Assembly (NCBI GenBank): GCA_008632985.1
Contig: QPGO01000049.1
Location: forward strand, 186,001-250,000
Direction: 5' to 3'
Length of the DNA: 64,000 nucleotides
Source of the DNA: Psammoneis japonica
Taxonomy: Eukaryota
Position numbers and translations under genes: made by a program. Shown here piece after piece: positions 24,231 through 39,200 of the stretch. The notes under the pieces were generated by a model. It saw nothing but the letters and a program-made list of their open reading frames with translations, searched no databases and was not told the origin of the DNA. Position 1 is the first letter of the stretch; each line of letters starts with the position of its first letter.

Positions 24231-27200
24231 TTAATCGGGTGCTTCCAAAACGCGGGGTTTCCGGCTGCGCTTTTGCTGTTTCTTTTTACGCCAACGAAGC
24301 TGCTGCTTTCGGCGTCTACGACGAATGACGCGAAGACACTTTTTCCAGCGCCTACGATCACGGGTCCTGTATTTCCTTGTGCAATCACCAGAGCTGGTAG
24401 TCTTGCTCTTGCTACCAGAGCCAGACTTGCTCTTGCTACCAGAGCCAGACTTGCTCTTGCTTGAGCCACCAGTCTTGCTCTTGCTTGATCCCCCGCAGCC
24501 GGAGCTGCTGCTACTACTTTCTGGAGAGCATCTTCCTTGAGTGTCGGTGTCGGTGTCAGTGGGTGGCAAGGGAGTATTAGAGGCTCCACTGACACCGGCC
24601 TTTCGTGACGTGAAGGTCGAAACACCATCCATACCAAAAATATCAACCATGGCTGTCACACGGAGCTTTGTTCCTTCAGGGAGCACCGCGTTGGTAGCAC
24701 ACTTTTCAAACTCCACCATTATGTCATTGGATTCGAGAATTGTCATGGGGGCAGGACTAACCTCGCAGCCTTGTGTGCTCAATGGAACCCAACGATTGCG
24801 TAGTCCGCCAGTCCTCCTGTACTCAAATCGGAGACGCAAGTCTTGGATTTGCACGTTGTATCCTCCCGACTCGTTGGAGATGTAAAACCGTCCGCTAAAC
24901 GTTTCCGGGCCACCGTCATTTGCTGGTAGCAAGTGAACCCACTTTCCCCAACACACCGAGACAGACCGTTCTGTTGTGGCCGTTACAGTGATTTCAATCC
25001 TTCCAGTGTCACACATGTCATCGGGAGCGCAAACGGAATATTCGACGTGGTCTAGACCCGCAAAGCCCGGAGCCGGATCATAGGTGAATCCTCCACTGGG
25101 CGTCACAAAAATAGCTCCACCGCATTCGCTGTGCACGTCATCCGCGTGAGTCGTTAAATCATCAAGAGGAGTGTCATTGTCAGAACAACCAGCGGTGGTA
25201 CCATTGAAGCAACCGAATGTGCCCTCTTCGCATTCATGCACGTGCTTGAGGCCCTCTGTTGCAACAATTGACAATATTGTGTCTTGTTCTGTGACAAACG
25301 CCAAGTCCTGCGCTACGGGCGAATCATAAACTTCGGTCACGACAATGCTGACGAGTCCTGTGCCACATTCTTGGCTGTTGTTCTTGCAGATTTCGTACTC
25401 CAAGAAATCATCGCCATTGAATTCTGGATCCGGGGTATACGTTAAGGTACCATCCCTGTTGTTGACGACTTCTCCATTGGCGGGCTCAAAAACCACGGTG
25501 GCTGTGCTAGGATCGAAGTCGCCATCATGAATGGTGGTATCGATTGTAATTGGGGTTTCCTCAGGAGTGATGTACAGTTCATCCCAGTCTTGTGCTGGAT
25601 CGTCCACTGGGGATACGGCAATGCTGACAAGTGCTGTATCGCATTCATCATTTGAGTCGCAAATTCGATACTCGAATTCTTCAATTCCAACAAAGTTATG
25701 ATCAGGAGTATAAGTGAAGGTTCCATCCCCATTGTTGACAACGTCTCCATTCGATGGATCAGAAAGAAGGGTTGCGGTACTATGGACTAAGTCACCATCG
25801 ATGCCAAGATCATTGGCGGCTACATCGATTGTCACCGGAGTATCTTCCAGAGTGGTAGTTAAATCGTCGAGAGCCACCGGAGGGTCATTCACGGCCTTGA
25901 TTGTAATGGTGACGGTAGCTTGGTCGCATGAGTTTTGTGTGTCACAAGCCTCATACGTGTAGGAATCGTTGCCGGTGAAGTCGGGGTCCGGAGTGTAGGT
26001 AAAGCCGCCATGAGTGTCTTGTTGGAGGGCGCCATGGTCCGGTGGGTCCAACAGATTGACGGATAGTGTGTCGTCGTTTCCATCGGCGTCTGCATCGTTG
26101 ACAAGGATGCCGGGAGATGTTATCGTGAGCGGCGTGTCTTCTTCAGTCTCATACACGTCGTCCTCTGCCACGGGTGGGTCGTTGACGCCAACGACTGTTA
26201 TGGAGACAGTGGCCGAGTCGCAGGCGTCGCTGGTGTCGCACGCTTCGTATGTGTAGGAATCCGATCCGTGGTAATGCTCGTTTGGCATGTAAGAGAAGCT
26301 TCCTTCTGGGTTCTGTTCGAGAGTACCGTGATTCGGATGAGATAGGACGTTCACAGTCAAGGGATCGTCCTCGGCGTCGCTGTCATTATCGAGGACTCCA
26401 GGAGCAGCGACGTCGAGTTTGGTGTCCTCGGGAGTATTGTATGAATCGTCTTCAGCAATCGGTGGATCATTGACAGGGCCAACCGTGACGGTGACTGTTG
26501 CTGCAACCGTAGAGCATTCACCTTGGGTGTCGCAAATGTAGTATTCGAAGTGGTCTTGGCCGTGAAAATGGGGATTGGGTGTGTACGTGAAAGTTCCATC
26601 CCCATTATTGACGACGGTTCCGTGGCTTGGCTCAGTAACAACCTCTGCCGTGTCGGGATCGAGATCCCCATCTACGTCAGTGTCGTTGGCGGCCGCATTG
26701 ATTGTGACCGGAGTGTCTTCCTGGGTGCTGATGGTATCGTTCACAGCCACCGGAGGGTCATTCACGGCCTTGATTGTAATGGTGACGGTAGCTTGGTCGC
26801 ATGAGTTTTGTGTGTCACAAGCCTCATACGTGTAGGAATCGTCGCCGGTGAAGTCGGGGTCCGGAGTGTAGGTAAAGCCGCCATGAGGGTCTTGTTGGAG
26901 GGCGCCATGGTCCGGTGGGTCCAACAGATTGACGGATAGTGTGTCGTCGTTTCCATCGGCGTCTGCATCGTTGACAAGGATGCCGGGAGATGTTATCGTG
27001 AGCGGCGTGTCTTCTTCAGTCTCATACACGTCGTCCTCTGCCACGGGTGGGTCATTGACGCCAACGACTGTTATGGAGACAGTGGCCGAGTCGCAGGCGT
27101 CGCTGGTGTCGCACGCTTCGTATGTGTAGGAATCCGATCCGTGGTAATGCTCGTTTGGCATGTAAGAGAAGCTTCCATCTGGGTTCTGTTCGAGAGTACC

Positions 27201-30200
27201 GTGATTCGGATGAGATAGGACGTTCACAGTCAAGGGATCGTCCTCGGCGTCGCTGTCATTATCGAGGACTCCAGGAGCAGCGACGTCGAGTTTGGTGTCC
27301 TCGGGAGTATTGTATGAATCGTCTTCAGCAATCGGTGGATCATTGACAGGGCCAACCGTGACGGTGACTGTTGCTGCAACCGTAGAGCATTCACCTTGGG
27401 TGTCGCAAATGTAGTATTCGAAGTGGTCTTGGCCGTGAAAATGGGGATTGGGTGTGTACGTGAAAGTTCCATCCCCATTATTGACGACGGTTCCGTGGCT
27501 TGGCTCAGTAACAACCTCTGCCGTGTCGGGATCGAGATCCCCATCTACGTCAGTGTCGTTGGCGGCCGCATTGATTGTGACCGGAGTGTCTTCCTGGGTG
27601 CTGATGGTATCGTTCACAGCCACCGGAGGGTCATTCACGGCCTTGATTGTAATGGTGACGGTAGCTGGTCGCATGAGTTTTGTGTGTCACAAGCCTCATA
27701 CGTGTAGGAATCGTCGCCGGTGAAGTCGGGGTCCGGAGTGTAGGTAAAGCCGCCATGAGGGTCTTGTTGGAGGGCGCCATGGTCCGGTGGGTCCAACAGA
27801 TTGACGGATAGTGTGTCGTCGTTTCCATCGGCGTCTGCATCGTTGACAAGGATGCCGGGAGATGTTATCGTGAGCGGCGTGTCTTCTTCAGTCTCATACA
27901 CGTCGTCCTCTGCCACGGGTGGGTCATTGACGCCAACGACTGTTATGGAGACAGTGGCCGAGTCGCAGGCGTCGCTGGTGTCGCACGCTTCGTATGTGTA
28001 GGAATCCGATCCGTGGTAATGCTCGTTTGGCATGTAAGAGAAGCTTCCATCTGGGTTCTGTTCGAGAGTACCGTGATTCGGATGAGATAGGACGTTCACA
28101 GTCAAGGGATCGTCCTCGGCGTCGCTGTCATTATCGAGGACTCCAGGAGCAGCGACGTCGAGTTTGGTGTCCTCGGGAGTATTGTATGAATCGTCTTCAG
28201 CAATCGGTGGATCATTGACAGGGCCAACCGTGACGGTGACTGTTGCTGCAACCGTAGAGCATTCACCTTGGGTGTCGCAAATGTAGTATTCGAAGTGGTC
28301 TTGGCCGTGAAAATGGGGATTGGGTGTGTACGTGAAAGTTCCATCCCCATTATTGACGACGGTTCCGTGGCTTGGCTCAGTAACAACCTCTGCCGTGTCG
28401 GGATCGAGATCCCCATCTACGTCAGTGTCGTTGGCGGCCGCATTGATTGTGACCGGAGTGTCTTCCTGGGTGCTGATGGTATCGTTCACAGCCACCGGAG
28501 GGTCATTCACGGCCTTGATTGTAATGGTGACGGTAGCTTGGTCGCATGAGTTTTGTGTGTCACAAGCCTCATACGTGTAGGAATCGTCGCCGGTGAAGTC
28601 GGGGTCCGGAGTGTAGGTAAAGCCGCCATGAGGGTCTTGTTGGAGGGCGCCATGGTCCGGTGGGTCCAACAGATTGACGGATAGTGTGTCGTCGTTTCCA
28701 TCGGCGTCTGCATCGTTGACAAGGATGCCGGGAGATGTTATCGTGAGCGGCGTGTCTTCTTCAGTCTCATACACGTCGTCCTCTGCCACGGGTGGGTCAT
28801 TGACGCCAACGACTGTTATGGAGACAGTGGCCGAGTCGCAGGCGTCGCTGGTGTCGCACGCTTCGTATGTGTAGGAATCCGATCCGTGGTAATGCTCGTT
28901 TGGCATGTAAGAGAAGCTTCCATCTGGGTTCTGTTCGAGAGTACCGTGATTCGGATGAGATAGGACGTTCACAGTCAAGGGATCGTCCTCGGCGTCGCTG
29001 TCATTATCGAGGACTCCAGGAGCAGCGACGTCGAGTTTGGTGTCCTCGGGAGTATTGTATGAATCGTCTTCAGCAATCGGTGGATCATTGACAGGGCCAA
29101 CCGTGACGGTGACTGTTGCTGCAACCGTAGAGCATTCACCTTGGGTGTCGCAAATGTAGTATTCGAAGTGGTCTTGGCCGTGAAAATGGGGATTGGGTGT
29201 GTACGTGAAAGTTCCATCCCCATTATTGACGACGGTTCCGTGGCTTGGCTCAGTAACAACCTCTGCCGTGTCGGGATCGAGATCCCCATCTACGTCAGTG
29301 TCGTTGGCGGCCGCATTGATTGTGACCGGAGTGTCTTCCTGGGTGCTGATGGTATCGTTCACAGCCACCGGAGGGTCATTCACGGCCTTGATTGTAATGG
29401 TGACGGTAGCTTGGTCGCATGAGTTTTGTGTGTCACAAGCCTCATACGTGTAGGAATCGTCGCCGGTGAAGTCGGGGTCCGGAGTGTAGGTAAAGCCGCC
29501 ATGAGGGTCTTGTTGGAGGGCGCCATGGTCCGGTGGGTCCAACAGATTGACGGATAGTGTGTCGTCGTTTCCATCGGCGTCTGCATCGTTGACAAGGATG
29601 CCGGGAGATGTTATCGTGAGCGGCGTGTCTTCTTCAGTCTCATACACGTCGTCCTCTGCCACGGGTGGGTCATTGACGCCAACGACTGTTATGGAGACAG
29701 TGGCCGAGTCGCAGGCGTCGCTGGTGTCGCACGCTTCGTATGTGTAGGAATCCGATCCGTGGTAATGCTCGTTTGGCATGTAAGAGAAGCTTCCATCTGG
29801 GTTCTGTTCGAGAGTACCGTGATTCGGATGAGATAGGACGTTCACAGTCAAGGGATCGTCCTCGGCGTCGCTGTCATTATCGAGGACTCCAGGAGCAGCG
29901 ACGTCGAGTTTGGTGTCCTCGGGAGTATTGTATGAATCGTCTTCAGCAATCGGTGGATCATTGACAGGGCCAACCGTGACGGTGACTGTTGCTGCAACCG
30001 TAGAGCATTCACCTTGGGTGTCGCAAATGTAGTATTCGAAGTGGTCTTGGCCGTGAAAATGGGGATTGGGTGTGTACGTGAAAGTTCCATCCCCATTATT
30101 GACGACGGTTCCGTGGCTTGGCTCAGTAACAACCTCTGCGTGTCGGGATCGAGATCCCCATCTACGTCAGTGTCGTTGGCGGCCGCATTGATTGTGACCG

Positions 30201-33200
30201 GAGTGTCTTCCTGGGTGCTGATGGTATCGTTCACAGCCACCGGAGGGTCATTCACGGCCTTGATTGTAATGGTGACGGTAGCTTGGTCGCATGAGTTTTG
30301 TGTGTCACAAGCCTCATACGTGTAGGAATCGTCGCCGGTGAAGTCGGGGTCCGGAGTGTAGGTAAAGCCGCCATGAGGGTCTTGTTGGAGGGCGCCATGG
30401 TCCGGTGGGTCCAACAGATTGACGGATAGTGTGTCGTCGTTTCCATCGGCGTCTGCATCGTTGACAAGGATGCCGGGAGATGTTATCGTGAGCGGCGTGT
30501 CTTCTTCAGTCTCATACACGTCGTCCTCTGCCACGGGTGGGTCATTGACGCCAACGACTGTTATGGAGACAGTGGCCGAGTCGCAGGCGTCGCTGGTGTC
30601 GCACGCTTCGTATGTGTAGGAATCCGATCCGTGGTAATGCTCGTTTGGCATGTAAGAGAAGCTTCCATCTGGGTTCTGTTCGAGAGTACCGTGATTCGGA
30701 TGAGATAGGACGTTCACAGTCAAGGGATCGTCCTCGGCGTCGCTGTCATTATCGAGGACTCCAGGAGCAGCGACGTCGAGTTTGGTGTCCTCGGGAGTAT
30801 TGTATGAATCGTCTTCAGCAATCGGTGGATCATTGACAGGGCCAACCGTGACGGTGACTGTTGCTGCAACCGTAGAGCATTCACCTTGGGTGTCGCAAAT
30901 GTAGTATTCGAAGTGGTCTTGGCCGTGAAAATGGGGATTGGGTGTGTACGTGAAAGTTCCATCCCCATTATTGACGACGGTTCCGTGGCTTGGCTCAGTA
31001 ACAACCTCTGCTGTGTCGGGATCGAGATCCCCATCTACGTCAGTGTCGTTGGCGGCCGCATTGATTGTGACCGGAGTGTCTTCCTGGGTGCTGATGGTAT
31101 CGTTTACAGCCACCGGAGGGTCATTCACGGCCTTGATTGTAATGGTGACGGTAGCTGGTCGCATGAGTTTTGTGTGTCACAAGCCTCATACGTGTAGGAA
31201 TCGTCGCCGGTGAAGTCGGGGTCCGGAGTGTAGGTAAAGCCGCCATGAGGGTCTTGTTGGAGGGCGCCATGGTCCGGTGGGTCCAACAGATTGACGGATA
31301 GTGTGTCGTCGTTTCCATCGGCGTCTGCATCGTTGACAAGGATGCCGGGAGATGTTATCGTGAGCGGCGTGTCTTCTTCAGTCTCATACACGTCGTCCTC
31401 TGCCACGGGTGGGTCATTGACGCCAACGACTGTTATGGAGACAGTGGCCGAGTCGCAGGCGTCGCTGGTGTCGCACGCTTCGTATGTGTAGGAATCCGAT
31501 CCGTGGTAATGCTCGTTTGGCATGTAAGAGAAGCTTCCATCTGGGTTCTGTTCGAGAGTACCGTGATTCGGATGAGATAGGACGTTCACAGTCAAGGGAT
31601 CGTCCTCGGCGTCGCTGTCATTATCGAGGACTCCAGGAGCAGCGACGTCGAGTTTGGTGTCCTCGGGAGTATTGTATGAATCGTCTTCAGCAATCGGTGG
31701 ATCATTGACAGGGCCAACCGTGACGGTGACTGTTGCTGCAACCGTAGAGCATTCACCTTGGGTGTCGCAAATGTAGTATTCGAAGTGGTCTTGGCCGTGA
31801 AAATGGGGATTGGGTGTGTACGTGAAAGTTCCATCCCCATTATTGACGACGGTTCCGTGGCTTGGCTCAGTAACAACCTCTGCTGTGTCGGGATCGAGAT
31901 CCCCATCTACGTCAGTGTCGTTGGCGGCCGCATTGATTGTGACCGGAGTGTCTTCCTGGGTGCTGATGGTATCGTTCTCAGCCACCGGAGGGTCATTCAC
32001 GGCCTTGATTGTAATGGTGACGGTAGCTTGGTCGCATGAGTTTTGTGTGTCACAAGCCTCATACGTGTAGGAATCGTCGCCGGTGAAGTCGGGGTCCGGA
32101 GTGTAGGTAAAGCCGCCATGAGGGTCTTGTTGGAGGGCGCCATGGTCCGGTGGGTCCAACAGATTGACGGATAGTGTGTCGTCGTTTCCATCGGCGTCTG
32201 CATCGTTGACAAGGATGCCGGGAGATGTTATCGTGAGCGGCGTGTCTTCTTCAGTCTCATACACGTCGTCCTCTGCCACGGGTGGGTCATTGACGCCAAC
32301 GACTGTTATGGAGACAGTGGCCGAGTCGCAGGCGTCGCTGGTGTCGCACGCTTCGTATGTGTAGGAATCCGATCCGTGGTAATGCTCGTTTGGCATGTAA
32401 GAGAAGCTTCCATCTGGGTTCTGTTCGAGAGTACCGTGATTCGGATGAGATAGGACGTTCACAGTCAAGGGATCGTCCTCGGCGTCGCTGTCATTATCGA
32501 GGACTCCAGGAGCAGCGACGTCGAGTTTGGTGTCCTCGGGAGTATTGTATGAATCGTCTTCAGCAATCGGTGGATCATTGACAGGGCCAACCGTGACGGT
32601 GACTGTTGCTGCAACCGTAGAGCATTCACCTTGGGTGTCGCAAATGTAGTATTCGAAGTGGTCTTGGCCGTGAAAATGGGGATTGGGTGTGTACGTGAAA
32701 GTTCCATCCCCATTATTGACGACGGTTCCGTGGCTTGGCTCAGTAACAACCTCTGCTGTGTCGGGATCGAGATCCCCATCTACGTCAGTGTCGTTGGCGG
32801 CCGCATTGATTGTGACCGGAGTGTCTTCCTGGGTGCTGATGGTATCGTTCACAGCCACCGGAGGGTCATTCACGGCCTTGATTGTAATGGTGACGGTAGC
32901 TTGGTCGCATGAGTTTTGTGTGTCACAAGCCTCATACGTGTAGGAATCGTCGCCGGTGAAGTCGGGGTCCGGAGTGTAGGTAAAGCCGCCATGAGGGTCT
33001 TGTTGGAGGGCGCCATGGTCCGGTGGGTCCAACAGATTGACGGATAGTGTGTCGTCGTTTCCATCGGCGTCTGCATCGTTGACAAGGATGCCGGGAGATG
33101 TTATCGTGAGCGGCGTGTCTTCTTCAGTCTCATACACGTCGTCCTCTGCCACGGGTGGGTCATTGACGCCAACGACTGTTATGGAGACAGTGGCCGAGTC

Positions 33201-36200
33201 GCAGGCGTCGCTGGTGTCGCACGCTTCGTATGTGTAGGAATCCGATCCGTGGTAATGCTCGTTTGGCATGTAAGAGAAGCTTCCATCTGGGTTCTGTTCG
33301 AGAGTACCGTGATTCGGATGAGATAGGACGTTCACAGTCAAGGGATCGTCCTCGGCGTCGCTGTCATTATCGAGGACTCCAGGAGCAGCGACGTCGAGTT
33401 TGGTGTCCTCGGGAGTATTGTATGAATCGTCTTCAGCAATCGGTGGATCATTGACAGGGCCAACCGTGACGGTGACTGTTGCTGCAACCGTAGAGCATTC
33501 ACCTTGGGTGTCGCAAATGTAGTATTCGAAGTGGTCTTGGCCGTGAAAATGGGGATTGGGTGTGTACGTGAAAGTTCCATCCCCATTATTGACGACGGTT
33601 CCGTGGCTTGGCTCAGTAACAACCTCTGCTGTGTCGGGATCGAGATCCCCATCTACGTCAGTGTCGTTGGCGGCCGCATTGATTGTGACCGGAGTGTCTT
33701 CCTGGGTGCTGATGGTATCGTTTACAGCCACCGGAGGGTCATTCACGGCCTTGATTGTAATGGTGACGGTAGCTTGGTCGCATGAGTTTTGTGTGTCACA
33801 AGCCTCATACGTGTAGGAATCGTCGCCGGTGAAGTCGGGGTCCGGAGTGTAGGTAAAGCCGCCATGAGGGTCTTGTTGGAGGGCGCCATGGTCCGGTGGG
33901 TCCAACAGATTGACGGATAGTGTGTCGTCGTTTCCATCGGCGTCTGCATCGTTGACAAGGATGCCGGGAGATGTTATCGTGAGCGGCGTGTCTTCTTCAG
34001 TCTCATACACGTCGTCCTCTGCCACGGGTGGGTCATTGACGCCAACGACTGTTATGGAGACAGTGGCCGAGTCGCAGGCGTCGCTGGTGTCGCACGCTTC
34101 GTATGTGTAGGAATCCGATCCGTGGTAATGCTCGTTTGGCATGTAAGAGAAGCTTCCATCTGGGTTCTGTTCGAGAGTACCGTGATTCGGATGAGATAGG
34201 ACGTTCACAGTCAAGGGATCGTCCTCGGCGTCGCTGTCATTATCGAGGACTCCAGGAGCAGCGACGTCGAGTTTGGTGTCCTCGGGAGTATTGTATGAAT
34301 CGTCTTCAGCAATCGGTGGATCATTGACAGGGCCAACCGTGACGGTGACTGTTGCTGCAACCGTAGAGCATTCACCTTGGGTGTCGCAAATGTAGTATTC
34401 GAAGTGGTCTTGGCCGTGAAAATGGGGATTGGGTGTGTACGTGAAAGTTCCATCCCCATTATTGACGACGGTTCCGTGGCTTGGCTCAGTAACAACCTCT
34501 GCTGTGTCGGGATCGAGATCCCCATCTACGTCAGTGTCGTTGGCGGCCGCATTGATTGTGACCGGAGTGTCTTCCTGGGTGCTGATGGTATCGTTCACAG
34601 CCACCGGAGGGTCATTCACGGCCTTGATTGTAATGGTGACGGTAGCTTGGTCGCATGAGTTTTGTGTGTCACAAGCCTCATACGTGTAGGAATCGTCGCC
34701 GGTGAAGTCGGGGTCCGGAGTGTAGGTAAAGCCGCCATGAGGGTCTTGTTGGAGGGCGCCATGGTCCGGTGGGTCCAACAGATTGACGGATAGTGTGTCG
34801 TCGTTTCCATCGGCGTCTGCATCGTTGACAAGGATGCCGGGAGATGTTATCGTGAGCGGCGTGTCTTCTTCAGTCTCATACACGTCGTCCTCTGCCACGG
34901 GTGGGTCATTGACGCCAACGACTGTTATGGAGACAGTGGCCGAGTCGCAGGCGTCGCTGGTGTCGCACGCTTCGTATGTGTAGGAATCCGATCCGTGGTA
35001 ATGCTCGTTTGGCATGTAAGAGAAGCTTCCATCTGGGTTCTGTTCGAGAGTACCGTGATTCGGATGAGATAGGACGTTCACAGTCAAGGGATCGTCCTCG
35101 GCGTCGCTGTCATTATCGAGGACTCCAGGAGCAGCGACGTCGAGTTTGGTGTCCTCGGGAGTATTGTATGAATCGTCTTCAGCAATCGGTGGATCATTGA
35201 CAGGGCCAACCGTGACGGTGACTGTTGCTGCAACCGTAGAGCATTCACCTTGGGTGTCGCAAATGTAGTATTCGAAGTGGTCTTGGCCGTGAAAATGGGG
35301 ATTGGGTGTGTACGTGAAAGTTCCATCCCCATTATTGACGACGGTTCCGTGGCTTGGCTCAGTAACAACCTCTGCCGTGTCGGGATCGAGATCCCCATCT
35401 ACGTCAGTGTCGTTGGCGGCCGCATTGATTGTGACCGGAGTGTCTTCCTGGGTGCTGATGGTATCGTTTACAGCCACCGGAGGGTCATTCACGGCCTTGA
35501 TTGTAATGGTGACGGTAGCCTGGTCGCATGAGTTTTGTCTGTCACAAGCCTCATACGTGTAGGAATCGTCGCCGGTGAAATCGGGGTCCGGAGTGTAGGT
35601 AAAGCCGCCATGAGGGTCTTGTTGGAGGGCGCCATGGTCCGGTGGGTCCAACAGATTGACGGATAGTGTGTCGTCGTTTCCATCGGCGTCTGCATCGTTG
35701 ACAAGGATGCCGGGAGATGTTATCGTGAGCGGCGTGTCTTCTTCAGTCTCATACACGTCGTCCTCTGCCACGGGTGGGTCATTGACGCCAACGACTGTTA
35801 TGGAGACAGTGGCCGAGTCGCAGGCGTCGCTGGTGTCGCACGCTTCGTATGTGTAGGAATCCGATCCGTGGTAATGCTCGTTTGGTATGTAAGAGAAGCT
35901 TCCATCTGGGTTCTGTTCGAGAGTACCGTGACTCGGATGAGATAGGACGTTCACAGTCAAGGGATCGTCCTCGACGTCGCTGTCATTGTCGAGGACTCCA
36001 GGAGCAGCGACGTCGAGTTTGGTGTCCTCGGGAGTATTGTATGAATCGTCTTCAGCAATCGGTGTGTCATTCGCTTGAGCGACCGTTATTGTGACAGTCG
36101 CTTCGTGGCATAGACCGCCTTGGTCGCATGCATCGTACTTGTAGAAATCCTCGCCGAAAAAGTTGGGATCTGGAGTGTAAATGAAGCCACCATCGGGGCT

Positions 36201-39200
36201 CTGTTCAATGCTGCCATGGGCTGGATCTTTCGTCAGATTGACTGTCAGGATCGATCCGTCGGCATCGCTGTCGTTCTCGAGAATGCCTGGTGCCTCGATG
36301 TTTAGGGTTGTGTCCTCGTTTGTCCAGTAGGAATCATCGATTGCAATCGGTGGTCTGTTTTCAATGACTTCGGCGGTATCGGAAGATGCCACCGGGTCTT
36401 CGTGCCTCGGGATGTGCGTGGTGCCATCTCTGTATGTTGGTGTTGCTGTCACGGTGGCGTTATTAACAAGGCTACCGTTTATACTTGTTTGGAAAGCAAG
36501 CATATGGCTTATACCAGGGGCAAGAGCAATGGGAACGTGTTCCTCAAAAGCCGGATTCACCGAGGCATCTGAAACTGTGATTTCACTTAACCAAGTGTTC
36601 CCGACATTAGCTACTTCAAAGCAATAAGTTACCTTGTCTCCGTTCGCCCCTACAAGAGACTCCGATCCTGGACAGTCACCGTCATTGCCGTGTCCTGCTA
36701 ACACTGTCTTCTTGATCGCAATATCAGGATCAAAATCAAGGAGATCGACTGACTGAAATTTGTCTATCTTGTCTCCGCGGAGCTCTCCCATGTTGATGAT
36801 GCAATCGACTCCTACATCAAATTCGTCGATGGTTTGTTTTACGAGAACGTGGAAAGTAATTTCGTGAGCTTCGCCCTTGTGCAGCACGGAAGGACTTTCA
36901 AGCCCAGAAACGTCAAGTGGGAAGTATGTTTCTGATGAATCATCCGTGATGGGGAATATCGTCGATCCATCATTATACACAGTGGTGTCAGGAACGTATT
37001 CTCCGGCGTTCAGCATGATGTCGTAGAAATCAACCACAGTCCAACTGAGTGCTGGGGCATCTGTTTTCCCAGTGTTTGTGATACGAATTGTGTATATCAA
37101 AGTGTCGCCTAAATCAATATTTCCGTCTCCGTCAACGTCATCGAAGAGGGCCGATGTCACGCTTGCAGAAAGGATTGGCAGCGGAGGTACAAGTGTTCCT
37201 AGATCCAACGAGTATTGTTGATGATGATACGACGTATACGGATCTTGTCCCCAAGCAACTGCGATATCGACCGGGGGGTCATCAAGGCCTTGCTGCGTTG
37301 CCCAGATTACCGCCCCGGTCATGTCTTTATCGCTCGTGTCGGAAATTTTCAGTGACTCAAGTTCCAATGCAGCATAGGAGTCGTCAAAGTTTCCATCCCC
37401 GTCGTAGTCGACAAAAATAGTAGCATCACTGGCAGGCGTCACCCACACAACACTTTTGATCGTGGTGTTTCCGCAGTTATTATCTTTGCATCCAAACCCC
37501 CAGCCAATGAGGGCTTGGGATGTCATTTGGTCGCCCGGCAAAAGCGCTGCGCCCCAATCATACATTAACGCAGGAGCCACTGAGTCGGTTTGGGTCAGAC
37601 CAAAAAACTTGCTCAGCGCGCTGAACCTTGCACCGGAACCGGTAGGGATGGGGCCAACTACTTTGCTACCTTGTGCCGGTACGGTTTCGATGGATATCGT
37701 GATAGTACCGTTAGTTCCCGATTCGATGCGTTGATAGCTAACGTCGAGGGGGCTATCCGAAGGGTTGAAGAGCCAGACGACGGTGTTGTGGACATTTTCG
37801 TATGTAACACCTGTTTCACCTTCAACTGGTACATTCGTTTCACTACCAACCGGCGTGTAGTATTCCATTGCCCAGTGATCATACGACATGAGCGAGTACC
37901 AACGCACCTCGTAAGACTGAGCGACGTCTCCAACCAGGAGGTCTGTCTGGATTGGCTTCGTGCTTTCGATCTTATCATTTTCGTGGACGTTTTTGATGAC
38001 ATAGTTCTCGCCTTCATTCAGTGAAGTCTCGAGGACGCCGTTCAACAGCACTTCTGTCCCATCCTCAGAAGCCATCACGTAGACAACCGCATACTCGAAG
38101 GGCTCGTCATCACCGACGATTGTATCCTCGCCAACAGGAACAATATAGGCTGTGCCCCACAGGTCTGTATCGAGCATCTCAACAGCGCCGGCCAACTTGG
38201 AACCGATGCCGTCGTTGTAGCCCCCGCGAGTAACTGCGATTGGGAAGGACGACTGGATTTTATCGCGTCCGTCAACTTGACAAGCAGATCTTATCCCGGC
38301 TTCACAGCCAGCTATGTCTCTTTGTCCAGAGCTGTCGATAGCAATGGTCTCCTGGATGACGACGGCATCACCAGCTTTGAAGACATCATCACCGTCGGAA
38401 CAACTCTCAAGATCTGGACGATGTCCGTTTGAGCAATCGTTATCGCCCCAGATTTCGGTCGTTGGTTGGCTAGGAATCGTGACGTCGTTGTCGTAGCCAT
38501 CCTCCCAGTGATCCCAAAAAATACGTGTGTGGTCTGCGGCGACGGCGATCGAGACCAGAGACTGAATTGGGGGAGCTGTCTGGGCATTAAGTGTTTCGAA
38601 ATCCTCGAGCATCGATGATTCCGGGATTGGCACGTAAAATGTCTTCACCGGTGTCTGGAGTCTACGGCTTGAGTTCAAGTTCACGTTTGCAGTCGGCCTG
38701 AGGCCCCGGAAAACTGTAGGCAACCTTTTCATTTGCCATTCCTTCTTCTCGAGTAATGCTTTTCCTTGGGCATTCGCGAACATCTATAATTGATTGTTTC
38801 AAAAATGACTAAATGAGAGTGTTTTAGATTTTGTGAAATGCTCGCGAGACCTTTTAACAAACCTACCTCCATACGAACCTCCTCATTGGTTCCACGGACC
38901 ACTCCCTTTCCCGCACGGACCATGAAGGGGAGTTCTTTGTTAGGGTTTTCATTGCCAACTGGCTCGAAACCGCGAAATGCTCCCTTTCGTAGCCGTTTCG
39001 TTTGCCCACGGGCGACTGGCGTCTGCTCATTGAGAGCCTTTCCTTTGTCGTTCACTTCAGTTGGTATCTGTTTTTGTGACAACAATGGGATGTGTGAGCA
39101 CATAGCTTATCATCCGTAATAGAAGGAAATGAGTGGACATCGCACAACAACTCTAACCTACCTCCTCAAGTGCCGCCATGTGGTTCCCACGAACCGTTCC

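Noticed and set aside
27635..31164. Programmed frameshifting or separate adhesin genes
   Set aside because: The breaks are single-base losses at doubled bases in otherwise identical units, so sequencing error is more parsimonious.
25870..36060. Tandem array as CRISPR or satellite; its recurring shadow ORFs as genes
   Set aside because: There are no spacers, the unit is a multiple of 3 and encodes Ig-like domains, and the shadow ORFs are alternative frames.
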